Shown: in pieces, positions 1 to 8,544 of the stretch | Layout: each line of letters opens with the position of its first letter | How positions within the stretch are numbered: position 1 is the first letter of the stretch | IMG/VR virus record: IMGVR_UViG_3300010351_001766 | Length of the DNA: 21,214 nt | Reading direction: 5' to 3' (one strand) | Source: a virus | The notes under the pieces: generated by a model | The model's database searches: none | What the model was told of the DNA's origin: nothing | Seen by the model: the letters and a program-made list of their open reading frames with translations, nothing else | Translations under genes and position numbers: made by a program

Positions 1-273
1 TTTTTTCTCTTCTTTTTCTTGATTCTTTTTTACCCCTTGCTGATACATCCAATATGGGGTTTTTTGATATTGCTTTCTTAAGAATCTTTGCCACCAGTCT
101 ATGACAGATTCCATATTAATTCTAATGTGCTGAAGTAACTGAGCTTGAATAGGAAAATTAATAGCCATTCGTCTTTGGATCATAAAAAAATTCTTTCTTT
201 TATCCCCTTTAGTTGCCTCCGCATATTTTGCAGGGGATTCAAACATGGCTTTGGTTATCTCGAATAATTCCAT
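1..273 (-). CDS. Partial CDS running off the window edge; hypothetical, possibly a gp62-like clamp loader small subunit
   Basis: Not in the ORF track. ATG at 273-271, open to position 1: MELFEITKAMFESPAKYAEATKGDKRKNFFMIQRRMAINFPIQAQLLQHIRINMESVIDWWQRFLRKQYQKTPYWMY... The segment NFFMIQRRMAINFP...FLRKQY..TPYW loosely recalls T4-like gp62 (PFxxNRxLSxFP...FLxxxIRKRKRFxKW). The product call is weak. Confidence 0.6.
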   Translation of the reverse strand, partial: MELFEITKAMFESPAKYAEATKGDKRKNFFMIQRRMAINFPIQAQLLQHIRINMESVIDWWQRFLRKQYQKTPYWMYQQGVKKNQEKEEKK

Positions 274-306
274 AAATCTTTTACTAATTTCCCTTGTAAA
301 AGTTTT

Positions 307-336
307 AAAAGGGCCCCAGAGAAATCCCTGGAGCCC
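307..336 (-). terminator. Intrinsic terminator after the flotillin gene
   Basis: On the - strand: GGGCTCCAG-GGATTTCT-CTGGGGCCC-TTTT, a 9-bp stem with one G-U pair followed by a U tract, about 20 nt after the stop codon. Confidence 0.75.
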
Positions 337-355
337 TAAAAACTTTGAGATAAGA

Positions 356-1909
356 TTATTCTTTCTTATCAGCTGGATTTACACCTTTTGCAAGGTCTTC
401 GGGTTTGATCCCGACGAAGTTAAGGAGCTTGCTCATGTCGAAGCCAGTACCCTTAAATCCTTCAAACATCTTGGTAAGAACTTCCACCGGGATGGCGCCG
501 AACTTGCCAACGCTCGAACCATTCTGACCATTTCCGCCAAAGTCGATAACTTTGACCTCCTGGATGTTCGAGAGGTGAGCAGTTGAAGCTGCCATAACTC
601 CTGCGAATTCCTTAATGACATTAGGCCCGAGTGTCTGAAGAGCATTAAGTACTTCAAGGAACTTACCAGTCTGGTCAAGTTTTGCATAAGCTTCAGCTTT
701 TTCCTTGATACCCTTAGCTTCAGCTGAAAGTTTAGCATAAATTGCCTTACCTTCTGCCTCACCCATTTTGACAATCTTAGCAGCATCACCATCGGCTTCT
801 GCCACCTTCTTGAGACGAATACCTTCTGCTTCACCTTCAGCTTTCTTAATAGCTGCCTGTTTTGCACCATCAGCTTCGAGAATCTGAGACTGCTGAACTG
901 CTTCAGCTGTTACGATACGAGCTTTCTTTTCTGCTTCGGCAGGAACGATTTTTTCGGCAAGGTATCTTTTTTCTTCCTTAAGAGCACGAGCTTCTTCCAC
1001 CTTAGTCTGGGCAACTTCCTGAGCAGCTTCTGTTGTTGCCTGAGCTTCAACAACTGCTTTCATTGCCTGTGCCTGAGAAAGAGGTCCTGCCTGGTTAGCA
1101 ATCTCATTCTGAGTGTCAGTGAGAGCTTTCATTTCAGCTTTCTTAACATCCCTTTCCTTATTGGATTCGAAAATTTTCTGGTCATTGATGTTAGCCTGTT
1201 CGATACCGGCTCTTTTTGCAGTGGTAGTTTTTATTTGAGCATCTCTTTCTGCTTCAGCTGTACCAATATCAGCATCCCTTTTGATTTCAGCTGCTCTCTT
1301 ACGCCCGAGGTTCTTTATATAGTTATCGTTATCGCGGATATCCTGAATATTCAGGAAGTCGATATTGATACCCATTTTGTTAAAGTCATCGTTAGCTTCT
1401 TCAAGAACTGCTTTGTTAAGTTCCGTTTTGTCTCCGATAAGGGATTCCATCGACATCCTTCCAACCACGGCCCTTAAGTGGCCTTCCAGGTTATCCAGAA
1501 TATTTTGGTTAACTTCATCGTCGCTTTTTCCAAGAAATCTTTCAACAGCAACCATAAGAATATTTTTCTCTGAAGCAAATTTGACGTTAGCGACACCTTC
1601 TACAGTTGTCATAACACCATCTTTGTTAGGAGCATCCTTTACGGTAACTTTAAGAGTCCTGTTTGAAAGGTTCATAAATTCAACTTCTTCCAATATAGGA
1701 ATTCTGAAGAACCCACCGCCGGTTACGAGGCGATAACCTTTTTCCATAGTAGATCCATCTGCATTCTTAATCATTTTCTTTCTACCGAAAATGACCGCTG
1801 CCATGTTAGGCGGGATGCGGATGTAATTTTTATTGACGAAAGCCAATAGGGAGGCGAGAAGAATAATCGCACCCAGAACAATAGCACCTAAAATAATGTA
1901 AGAATTCAT
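356..1909 (-). CDS. Flotillin-like SPFH/Band-7 protein (FloT/YqiK type)
   Basis: N-terminal TM helix, PPNMAAVIFGR, GGGFFRIPILE, LEGHLRAVVGRM, GINIDFLNIQDIRD, then a long AEA/EAE-rich coiled-coil flotillin tail. Confidence 0.92.
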   Translation of the reverse strand: MNSYIILGAIVLGAIILLASLLAFVNKNYIRIPPNMAAVIFGRKKMIKNADGSTMEKGYRLVTGGGFFRIPILEEVEFMNLSNRTLKVTVKDAPNKDGVMTTVEGVANVKFASEKNILMVAVERFLGKSDDEVNQNILDNLEGHLRAVVGRMSMESLIGDKTELNKAVLEEANDDFNKMGINIDFLNIQDIRDNDNYIKNLGRKRAAEIKRDADIGTAEAERDAQIKTTTAKRAGIEQANINDQKIFESNKERDVKKAEMKALTDTQNEIANQAGPLSQAQAMKAVVEAQATTEAAQEVAQTKVEEARALKEEKRYLAEKIVPAEAEKKARIVTAEAVQQSQILEADGAKQAAIKKAEGEAEGIRLKKVAEADGDAAKIVKMGEAEGKAIYAKLSAEAKGIKEKAEAYAKLDQTGKFLEVLNALQTLGPNVIKEFAGVMAASTAHLSNIQEVKVIDFGGNGQNGSSVGKFGAIPVEVLTKMFEGFKGTGFDMSKLLNFVGIKPEDLAKGVNPADKKE

Positions 1910-1935
1910 GTTACTTGTTTTTAGTTATTAATTTG

Positions 1936-2484
1936 TTACTTACTTTGTTTTTCAATTATAAGAGTGTTTCCAAGTCTTCCAACAACTTTTACAATTTCAT
2001 GTTGTTTAACTTTTCCGCCATTCTTTTCCTTAGCTAAATAAAGCTGATCGCCACCTCCAGAATCCACTTTTACCTGACAAGATCCTGAATTTGTAGTTTC
2101 CACAGTCACTGAAGCTTCTTTTCCTATAAAATTATTTGAATCTATATTACTATGACCCTGAAATGAATAAAGAAACTTCATAAGATAAAAAGCAATTGCT
2201 CCAGCAAGAACGCCGGATAGCAAACCTACTATAACCTGAGCTCCGACAGTTTTTTCAGAGAGAAACATTGCTCCTCCTCCAATACCAAAAGCCATCAGAA
2301 ATGCAAAAATAGTTCTCAAAGAAAAAAGCTTTGGACTATCTACATCGCCACCGTCATGGCCAAAATCATGACCAAAATCATGACTCATGTCTCCATGATC
2401 AAATTCCCCAAATATCAGAGAACTTAGAAGACCAAGTCCACCAATAATAAGGAAAGCTAAATAAACGAGATGAATTTTTTCCAT
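1936..2484 (-). CDS. NfeD-like membrane protein (YuaF type), flotillin partner
   Basis: Three hydrophobic segments, a His/Asp-rich loop, and a C-terminal OB-like region (FIGKEASVTVET...QVKV...VKVVGRLGNTLIIE). Lies directly upstream of the SPFH gene, as in yuaF-floT operons. Confidence 0.85.
   Translation of the reverse strand: MEKIHLVYLAFLIIGGLGLLSSLIFGEFDHGDMSHDFGHDFGHDGGDVDSPKLFSLRTIFAFLMAFGIGGGAMFLSEKTVGAQVIVGLLSGVLAGAIAFYLMKFLYSFQGHSNIDSNNFIGKEASVTVETTNSGSCQVKVDSGGGDQLYLAKEKNGGKVKQHEIVKVVGRLGNTLIIEKQSK
2354..2384. repeat. 12-bp tandem repeat (about 2.6 copies) encoding HDFG repeats
   Basis: tcatggccaaaa-tcatgaccaaaa-tcatgac, inside the NfeD-like gene. Confidence 0.8.
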
Positions 2485-2501
2485 TTTTTGTATTGTATGA
2501 A

Positions 2502-2852
2502 TTATTTGTTACTTTTCCAGGGGAAAGACGTTTTTACAGGAGTTGATTTAGGCATTTCCTGTTTTTCCTGTTCTTCCATCACCGGTTCTGGTTTTTTAGA
2601 GCTTACCGGTTCTTTATAAGAATAATGATCGCGAATTTCCTCAGTTGTGTTTCTTTTTTGAGTAGGAAGGGTTTCGACAACCACATAAAAAACATCTACC
2701 AATTGAAAAAACTGGACCCAACGATATTTTTTTGTCTGGTCGATAGATTTAATTACATCTTCAAGATATAATTCTGTTTTTGTTCCTTTCCGAACTCCTT
2801 CATATTGAATTTCGGATAAAAGATCTTTGACATTAAAGATTTTGTACGACAT
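2502..2852 (-). CDS. Hypothetical protein
   Basis: 116-aa ORF tiling between neighbours; low-complexity P/K/E C-terminus. Confidence 0.75.
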   Translation of the reverse strand: MSYKIFNVKDLLSEIQYEGVRKGTKTELYLEDVIKSIDQTKKYRWVQFFQLVDVFYVVVETLPTQKRNTTEEIRDHYSYKEPVSSKKPEPVMEEQEKQEMPKSTPVKTSFPWKSNK

Positions 2853-2867
2853 TTTATTTTGTATTAA

Positions 2868-4040
2868 TTAAAACAATTCTTTGTTAAGATTTATCCGATC
2901 AATTTCGCCAAATATTGAAGCCTCCGTTGTAGGCTTTTTATATTTTCCTCCACCAGCAGTAATATATCTGGTTCCTTCCAAAATAGAAACCATATTCCAA
3001 TTCTGCGGATGAACTTGAGGCTTGGATAATTCATCAGAAACTTTCTTTTCGAAAGCTTTTACAAAAGTTGCTGGAAAAATAGATGGATCAAGATGAACTA
3101 ATTTTCTCTGTCTCAATAATCTGTCATCAATTTTAAATGAAGGACGTTGGCCAGAAACATTTACCAATTGATCATAAATAATCTCTTTCTTCTCAAAAAG
3201 ATCCATAACGGATTTTGCACCAATATAATCGACAATTTTCTGGAATTTAGAATCAGTTATCCTGATTTCTTTTCCTTTATCATTTAACCATGTATAAATT
3301 GCCGGAACATTATCTCCATCATCACCGCAGAAGATTTTTCTCATAGCAATCAATTCGCCATTGACAGGCTCAAGTTTTACTTTCTGATCATTGATAAGTC
3401 TTTTGAAATCCTCTTTATCAACATCAATACCCCTGTTAAAAAAATCCCCGGGATCTGCATCATTAAGCCATTCTGAAAAATTAGATTCCGGAATAAAAAG
3501 TTTCTTAGAAGCATTTTTTCCTTGCATGAAAGGATTAAATACTGTGCAAAAAACCATTTTTCCAGCATCGGTTTGTCTGGACTCAATTAGCTGACGAACA
3601 TCTTCATCTGCGGATATTATTATAACATGTTGATTTTGATTATAAAGCAATTCCTTTTTCCATAAAGAAATAAGGTCATCCGCCTCAGCTTTATCAAATT
3701 TGGAAACGATAAAACCATTGGTTTCAAGAATATCAGCGAATTCCCCCATGATTTTGAAGACGTTGTCCCAATTAATATGAGCGGATTTAGTTCGCTGAGC
3801 TTTGTATCCCTCGTTCTCATCGATAGAAATATCCTTTCTCCATGATTTCGAGTCCAAAGCAAAGATAACCCGGGATGGGTTTATTTGGCGGATGACCTGG
3901 GAGACATCAGTTGCTACCTTTCGCATCAACTGGTCTAATTCAAATTGATTATCAAAAGTATATTGTTTAGATCCATATCCACCTACGATGAATAAAGATC
4001 TGAAAAACATATTACTAAGGTCAAATATTGCGTTTGTCAT
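2868..4040 (-). CDS. 5'-3' exonuclease / flap endonuclease (T4 RNase H, Pol I N-terminal domain family)
   Basis: Motifs IFDLSNMFFR, FALDSKSWRK, YKAQR, EADDLI, ISADEDVRQL, GDDGDNVP. Confidence 0.9.
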   Translation of the reverse strand: MTNAIFDLSNMFFRSLFIVGGYGSKQYTFDNQFELDQLMRKVATDVSQVIRQINPSRVIFALDSKSWRKDISIDENEGYKAQRTKSAHINWDNVFKIMGEFADILETNGFIVSKFDKAEADDLISLWKKELLYNQNQHVIIISADEDVRQLIESRQTDAGKMVFCTVFNPFMQGKNASKKLFIPESNFSEWLNDADPGDFFNRGIDVDKEDFKRLINDQKVKLEPVNGELIAMRKIFCGDDGDNVPAIYTWLNDKGKEIRITDSKFQKIVDYIGAKSVMDLFEKKEIIYDQLVNVSGQRPSFKIDDRLLRQRKLVHLDPSIFPATFVKAFEKKVSDELSKPQVHPQNWNMVSILEGTRYITAGGGKYKKPTTEASIFGEIDRINLNKELF

Positions 4041-4047
4041 AACAGGA

Positions 4048-4055
4048 CAAATGTA
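4048..4055 (-). promoter_or_regulatory. Bacteroidota-type -7 promoter box TACATTTG
   Basis: Matches TAnnTTTG; 7 nt upstream of the ATG at 4040. Confidence 0.75.
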
Positions 4056-4087
4056 TTAAAAATAGTTAAGATAAAAAATATTTTGTT

Positions 4088-4103
4088 GTTAAAAAACCGT
4101 TAA
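4088..4103 (-). promoter_or_regulatory. TTAAC direct-repeat operator (TTAACG-GTTTT-TTAACA)
   Basis: Two TTAAC units with an 11-nt period, 33 nt from the -7 box; same geometry as the sites at 8242 and 9353. Confidence 0.65.
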
Positions 4104-4105
4104 AA

Positions 4106-4297
4106 TCATCCGAATATATCTTCTATGCCCGGATCAATAGTTTGAATATAAAAAACTTGCATTAAATACCATCCTCCTTCATCTACAAATATAGGATTAA
4201 TTTGTAGGATGTTTGGTTTTTCCTCTTCAATCCACGAGGATACTTCTTCTTCAAGTTCTTGAGGATCTCCGCATTTAAAAAATTTTATTTTTTTCAT
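4106..4297 (-). CDS. Small acidic hypothetical protein
   Basis: 63 aa; ATGA overlap with the upstream ORF. Confidence 0.7.
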   Translation of the reverse strand: MKKIKFFKCGDPQELEEEVSSWIEEEKPNILQINPIFVDEGGWYLMQVFYIQTIDPGIEDIFG

Positions 4298-4476
4298 ATC
4301 TTTGTTAATACTTGTAAAACTAATGAATGGTATTTTTCTGGGATTTTGCTAAAATCGCAAACTACTTTATAAGGTATCTGCAAATTCACCATTCCAGCTA
4401 GATTCATTGTTTTTGGAATTTCTACAATTGGAGAAGATTCCACAGTTAAGTTTTTGTCAGATTCTGAAGTAATCAT
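4294..4476 (-). CDS. Small hypothetical protein
   Basis: 60 aa; ATGA overlaps at both ends suggest translational coupling. Confidence 0.65.
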   Translation of the reverse strand: MITSESDKNLTVESSPIVEIPKTMNLAGMVNLQIPYKVVCDFSKIPEKYHSLVLQVLTKI

Positions 4477-5432
4477 GAGTTCAAAATTTGTTGAATTCTA
4501 AATACAGCTGCAAGCAAAGTAATCAAAGGATCAATTACAAAAGATTTTTGATATTGGTATTCCGCAACTGATATTAAAACGCCAGGAAGCTTATCAAGAC
4601 GAGCTGGAGCCGCATCACTAAGATATTCTGGAAAATCATTTCCGAGAGCAGAGAGAGCTTCATCTACCCGAGAGCTATATTGATTAACAATAAGCTTATA
4701 ATTATCATAAGGTTTTTTAGGATGAAGACAAAGATCAAATAGATCAGCATAAGAAGAACTATTGGCAATATTTGTCATGCTAAGTTCTGTAGCTTTGCTG
4801 TTGTGAAGCGACTGAAGCTTATTCATTAAAGCTCGGAGATCCGGGAAATTCTTCTTTACAAATTCATGCAAAACTTCCTCAGTATATGAAATATCAATAG
4901 CTTTAAGAATAGCTGCAACTCTCCTTTTGTATTCAGCCATCAGGTACTCCTGCTCCTCATTATTAATAGGATCATAAGAAATAGGCAGGAATCTGGATTC
5001 CCATATAGCTTCTGGAATTTTATTTAAGAAATTACAGGATGCAATGAACCGGGTGGTTTTAGCATACTTCTCCATAACAGCTCGGAGAGCTTTATAAAAA
5101 GTATCTGTAGCTCCGTCAAGCTCATCGAGAATTACACATTTAAGTTTGTCTCTCCCGCCCTCTAAAGAGATAGTTGAACAAAAAGGAATTAAATTATCCC
5201 TGATTATATCAATACCCCGTTCTTCGGAAGCATTAATATAAAGGAATGGATGATCCTTTGCTAGAATAAAAAGAGTTGATGTTTTTCCGGTACCGGGAGA
5301 TCCAAAAAGCAAAATGTTCTGGACAAGGCCATTTTGAAGTTGAGATTTTATTCTTTCAGGAGCAATCAAATGCTCTAATTTCTGAGGCCTAAATTTCTCG
5401 GTAAAAAGTTCATTTATAACACTAACGCTCAT
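4473..5432 (-). CDS. Sliding-clamp loader AAA+ subunit (T4 gp44 / RFC small subunit-like)
   Basis: EKFRPQKLEHLI, Walker A GSPGTGKTS, INASEERGIDIIR, Walker B ILDELDG, FIASCN, FPDLR. Confidence 0.92.
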   Translation of the reverse strand: MSVSVINELFTEKFRPQKLEHLIAPERIKSQLQNGLVQNILLFGSPGTGKTSTLFILAKDHPFLYINASEERGIDIIRDNLIPFCSTISLEGGRDKLKCVILDELDGATDTFYKALRAVMEKYAKTTRFIASCNFLNKIPEAIWESRFLPISYDPINNEEQEYLMAEYKRRVAAILKAIDISYTEEVLHEFVKKNFPDLRALMNKLQSLHNSKATELSMTNIANSSSYADLFDLCLHPKKPYDNYKLIVNQYSSRVDEALSALGNDFPEYLSDAAPARLDKLPGVLISVAEYQYQKSFVIDPLITLLAAVFRIQQILNS

Positions 5433-5474
5433 AACAATATTTTATCTCTTTTAGAGGGGGGTTAAACAAAAGTT

Positions 5475-6047
5475 TTATGAGAAAATTCTTTTTATTAGTC
5501 TTCTCCACCATGGAAGTAAATACTTCGAAAAATGCTCTTCTGCTTGAAGAATTCTTTTATCGTGATTAAAAGCCACATCCAAATAATTTACTTCGTTGAG
5601 TTTTATCCAGAGGACTGAAGAAATTTCAGAATTAGAATATTCCGTCACATATTTGGGAAGGCCAACATCATTAAAATCAAAAACCATCCCATAAGTTATA
5701 GCAATATTCTGTCTATTTTCTGAAGGATCTGTATTTATAAAGAATGGCTGTCCTTTATTATCACTTTTAAGTCTGTGTTTAAGATCCGGGATATAAAAAG
5801 AAGTTTCTTCAAATACCTCTCGGATAACTGCTTCTATTCCACTTTCATCCCAATCCATATATCCACAAGGAACACACCATTTTCCTGGTTGATCCATTAT
5901 GGGAGATCTTTTCTCCATAAGGACATAAATATCTCCTTTCCATTTGCCAAGTATTACAGCAACAACGGCTGCACTTCGGCTTTCCCAGACTATTTTTCCG
6001 TCGATTCGGTGTTCTGTGTTTGGTCTGTTTTTGAATTTGATTTCCAT
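5475..6047 (-). CDS. Nudix hydrolase
   Basis: PGKWCVPCGYMDWDESGIEAVIREVFEET Nudix box; C-terminal VAFNH. Confidence 0.9.
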   Translation of the reverse strand: MEIKFKNRPNTEHRIDGKIVWESRSAAVVAVILGKWKGDIYVLMEKRSPIMDQPGKWCVPCGYMDWDESGIEAVIREVFEETSFYIPDLKHRLKSDNKGQPFFINTDPSENRQNIAITYGMVFDFNDVGLPKYVTEYSNSEISSVLWIKLNEVNYLDVAFNHDKRILQAEEHFSKYLLPWWRRLIKRIFS

Positions 6048-6101
6048 TATTGCTGTTTTTCAAGAAGTTTCAGTTTTTCTTCTTCTGTCATATTCTCAAG
6101 T

Positions 6102-7205
6102 TTAGATTTTATAAAGTTCTTTTCTCATTCCCAGGAGTATTTCCTGAACCCTTTCCACATCAGGTTTATCCGGAAGAGTTGATTTTGTAAATGCTTCTTC
6201 AAGCCCGTCTTTCATTGCTTCGGCTTCACGAAGAAGATCCTCGTATTCATATTCTCCATGACGTATCTTCATAAGCTTTTCTATCTCCTCTTCAGTTCTT
6301 CGAACACGAAGCTCCCCTTTAGAAAGCTCATGAGCCATAAGAAGAAGACGATATGTGTGCATCATGTTTTTTGAGTCATAATTCTTACCATGAGCCTTGT
6401 TCATTTTTACCCTGTTAGGATTTCTTTCTTTGAGCCAAGTTTGATATTCCTGATATTTTTTACAGTGTGATGAATATCCGTCTTTATTAAAGTAAAGATA
6501 CCCAACTTCCTGCTGGCCCTTAGGTATGGAGAAAAGCTGAACCTGATTAGCTTTATCTTCATCAGAAACTATCCCCCATATTGGTTCTTGGGAATAGAAC
6601 ATTGCATAAAGATCGTGGCCATGATCTATAGCCGAAAGGCCAAAATTTTCCTGAGTATAATTCATGGATTTAAGCCACAGAGACTTATAAGGTTCTACAG
6701 CTAACCATGATTTGAAAGGAATTGAACCGGCATCTTTAAGGACATAACAGAAATCAAGAACAGTTTTACGGGTCATTTGGGATTCTTCCCAGTTCATTTT
6801 CTTATTGTACCCGCGAGCCTTTTCTATTTGATCTATAGCATATCCAGCAAAAGTCCAGCGAACTTTTTTGGAAAGAAAATCATGTTTATTGTATTCGAGG
6901 ACCGCCCAAAGAGGATGGCGATAAATGACACAATCTTCGGGCATTGCAAGAAGCTCTATTATATTCGGATTATTTCCTGCAAGAAGATGCATGAATCGTC
7001 CAAGCTCATAAAAAGTAACGTCATTCTTTTCGTCTGATACCTGATCTACCCATCCATATTTAAGAGCATCATAAAGAGGTTGATAGAACACGCCTCTTAT
7101 ATCTGTATCAGAATCAGGGGTTGCAGTTCCGTATGCATGCGAACCCGATATGGACTCAAAAAGTATAAGATTTCGATCCCGAAGATCCTGTATTGTGTAA
7201 GTCAT
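6102..7205 (-). CDS. DNA polymerase beta-superfamily nucleotidyltransferase (YcgL/RlaP type)
   Basis: GSHAYGTATPDSDTDIRGVF signature, NNPNIIELL, FAGYAIDQ, YDSKNMMHTYRLL. Confidence 0.88.
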   Translation of the reverse strand: MTYTIQDLRDRNLILFESISGSHAYGTATPDSDTDIRGVFYQPLYDALKYGWVDQVSDEKNDVTFYELGRFMHLLAGNNPNIIELLAMPEDCVIYRHPLWAVLEYNKHDFLSKKVRWTFAGYAIDQIEKARGYNKKMNWEESQMTRKTVLDFCYVLKDAGSIPFKSWLAVEPYKSLWLKSMNYTQENFGLSAIDHGHDLYAMFYSQEPIWGIVSDEDKANQVQLFSIPKGQQEVGYLYFNKDGYSSHCKKYQEYQTWLKERNPNRVKMNKAHGKNYDSKNMMHTYRLLLMAHELSKGELRVRRTEEEIEKLMKIRHGEYEYEDLLREAEAMKDGLEEAFTKSTLPDKPDVERVQEILLGMRKELYKI

Positions 7206-7221
7206 TTCAACTAATTTTTTC

Positions 7222-7229
7222 CAAATGTA
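7222..7229 (-). promoter_or_regulatory. -7 promoter box TACATTTG
   Basis: Intergenic, preceded by a T run, 16 nt upstream of the ATG at 7205. Confidence 0.7.
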
Positions 7230-7262
7230 TAAAAAAATCCCAAATAAAAAAATTATTTTTTC

Positions 7263-7574
7263 TTATTTTATTAAATCAAGGATTTCTTTATATGTTGTGA
7301 TCTTTCCCCTAAGAAAATTAGCAAATAATTTTTCTTCCTTGTCAAGCTTCTTCAATTCTTCTTCCATATCTTTTTTTAGAGCCCTAATTTGTTTCCTGGC
7401 ATTTTTGATAACCTCTCGGTTCTTATTAGCCGAAAAAATATCAATAGGCTGTTGAAAATCGATTTTTTCCGAAATCGCTTCAGCCAAAATCTGTGGGCTA
7501 AAAAAGTTGTTTACCTTTCCAGTAGCATATACCTGGATAAGAGTTACCAATGAAGATTTTTCCTGAGCATTCAT
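7263..7574 (-). CDS. Hypothetical coiled-coil protein
   Basis: Start moved to MNAQEK (7574), 1 nt after the upstream stop. The track start at 7619 overlaps the previous gene. Confidence 0.7.
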   Translation of the reverse strand: MNAQEKSSLVTLIQVYATGKVNNFFSPQILAEAISEKIDFQQPIDIFSANKNREVIKNARKQIRALKKDMEEELKKLDKEEKLFANFLRGKITTYKEILDLIK

Positions 7575-7575
7575 A

Positions 7576-8097
7576 TTAGAAGATTTTAATGGAATTTTTA
7601 AGCCTCTGATAAGATTCAACTAATTTATCGTATTCCTCTGGAGTATAAGGATCCGTATTTATTTCAAAAGGAATAAGCTCGTCTGGATTCGAATCCCAAA
7701 ATCTTTCTGAAGTTTCATGAACCTTATAGAAAAATATAATATTATTGTATTCTATAGAAATGAAATCAACATCTTCTGGTAAAATATGACCTGTACTCAA
7801 TGCACATAAAAACCCTCCATCATCTTTGCACTGAACCCGTTTAACATGATGCCCGGTTTTAAGAATATCTTCAAAAGGCTGATCGACAAAATAGAGATTC
7901 TTTGTCTGATCATTTGTAGTAATTATGACTTTGTCAGTTTCAAACCAAAATAAAACATTTGAACTATCAGAGGTAGCCTCTGATGGGGAATAAGAAATCT
8001 TCTGAAAAGCCTTATATCCAGTAGAATCAAATGATACCTGGCTAAAAATAGTTCCTGTTAAGGCAAAAAATAACGAAGCTAAAATAATCTTTTTCAT
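7576..8097 (-). CDS. Secreted/periplasmic hypothetical protein
   Basis: Likely start MKKIILASLFFALTGTIFS-Q: a Sec signal peptide with Gln at +1, typical of Bacteroidota. The longer track start at 8169 runs through the tRNA-like element. Confidence 0.75.
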   Translation of the reverse strand: MKKIILASLFFALTGTIFSQVSFDSTGYKAFQKISYSPSEATSDSSNVLFWFETDKVIITTNDQTKNLYFVDQPFEDILKTGHHVKRVQCKDDGGFLCALSTGHILPEDVDFISIEYNNIIFFYKVHETSERFWDSNPDELIPFEINTDPYTPEEYDKLVESYQRLKNSIKIF

Positions 8098-8117
8098 CTC
8101 TCTCTTTTTTCTCTTTG

Positions 8118-8197
8118 AGGCCTGGGGTGGATTCGAACCACCAGCTCTTTCGAGTTCCTTGTCTATCATTCGGGCTATAATCCGAAGTAGCTAAGCC
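8118..8197 (-). ncRNA. tRNA-like RNA / degenerate tRNA (80 nt, anticodon not assignable)
   Basis: GGCTTAGCTACTTCGGATTATAGCCCGAATGATAGACAAGGAACTCGAAAGAGCTGGTGGTTCGAATCCACCCCAGGCCT. Perfect T arm GGTGG-TTCGAAT-CCACC; acceptor GGCTTAG/CCAGGCC with one G-U and one mismatch; D-like arm; no canonical 7-nt anticodon loop; no encoded CCA. Confidence 0.65.
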
Positions 8198-8201
8198 ATT
8201 G

Positions 8202-8209
8202 TAAATATA
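8202..8209 (-). promoter_or_regulatory. -7 promoter box variant TATATTTA for the tRNA-like RNA
   Basis: One mismatch to TAnnTTTG, preceded by T7G, 4 nt upstream of G1 of the RNA. Confidence 0.6.
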
Positions 8210-8210
8210 C

Positions 8211-8241
8211 AAAAAAAGATCCAGAGTAGAAAATCTGGATC
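8211..8241 (-). terminator. Intrinsic terminator after ORF 8266-8544
   Basis: GATCCAGA-TTTTCTAC-TCTGGATC-TTTTTTT: perfect 8-bp stem plus U7. Confidence 0.75.
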
Positions 8242-8256
8242 GTTAAAAAACGTTAA
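8242..8256 (-). promoter_or_regulatory. TTAAC direct-repeat operator (TTAACG-TTTT-TTAACG)
   Basis: Exact 10-mer duplication cgttaaaaaa x2 on the + strand, 33 nt from the -7 box. Confidence 0.65.
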
Positions 8257-8265
8257 AAAATGGAA

Positions 8266-8544
8266 TTATCGAGTCCATTTATATTTACATGCATATTCGG
8301 GGAATTCGTATAATTGAAGCATCCCACTATAAATTCCTGGAAGTTTCTTAATGTGTTCTATTTCAAATACTCCATTTTGAGGAGGTTCTTCAGATGATTT
8401 CTCGACTTGCAATTTAAATCGATAAAAATCCTCATCCGAATTATCTTCAAGTATAGTAACGATGGCAATGAACCAATCTTCTTTATATTGATACATTTTG
8501 CCAACTTTAACAAAATCCCAACCGCCATCAATTGCTCTTGCCAT
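8266..8544 (-). CDS. Hypothetical protein
   Basis: 92 aa; TAATG overlap with the upstream regulator gene. Confidence 0.75.
   Translation of the reverse strand: MARAIDGGWDFVKVGKMYQYKEDWFIAIVTILEDNSDEDFYRFKLQVEKSSEEPPQNGVFEIEHIKKLPGIYSGMLQLYEFPEYACKYKWTR

Noticed and set aside
245-1736. Opposite-strand or alternate-frame ORFs over the flotillin gene (245-586, 433-870, 1235-1477, 1365-1736), and similar ones over other genes
   Set aside because: Shadow ORFs fully overlapping well-supported genes, with no motifs or expression signals.
2354-2384. 12-bp tandem repeat as a contingency locus
   Set aside because: It is in frame and encodes the His/Asp-rich loop usual for YuaF-type NfeD proteins.
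5461-5477. GTTAA...GTTTT half-match to the TTAAC operator upstream of the clamp loader (also a single GTTAA at 10078)
   Set aside because: The second repeat is degenerate and no -7 box lies at the 33-nt offset.
8118-8197. Assignment as tRNA-Sec, tmRNA or YrlA-type Y RNA
   Set aside because: No UCA anticodon loop, no G3-U70 pair or tag reading frame, and the arm order is canonical rather than permuted.
8098-8199. N-terminal extension of the secreted protein (MIDKELER..., or ATG-GCT-TAG readthrough from 8199)
   Set aside because: The extension is the tRNA-like sequence read in frame, and the signal peptide begins at 8097.
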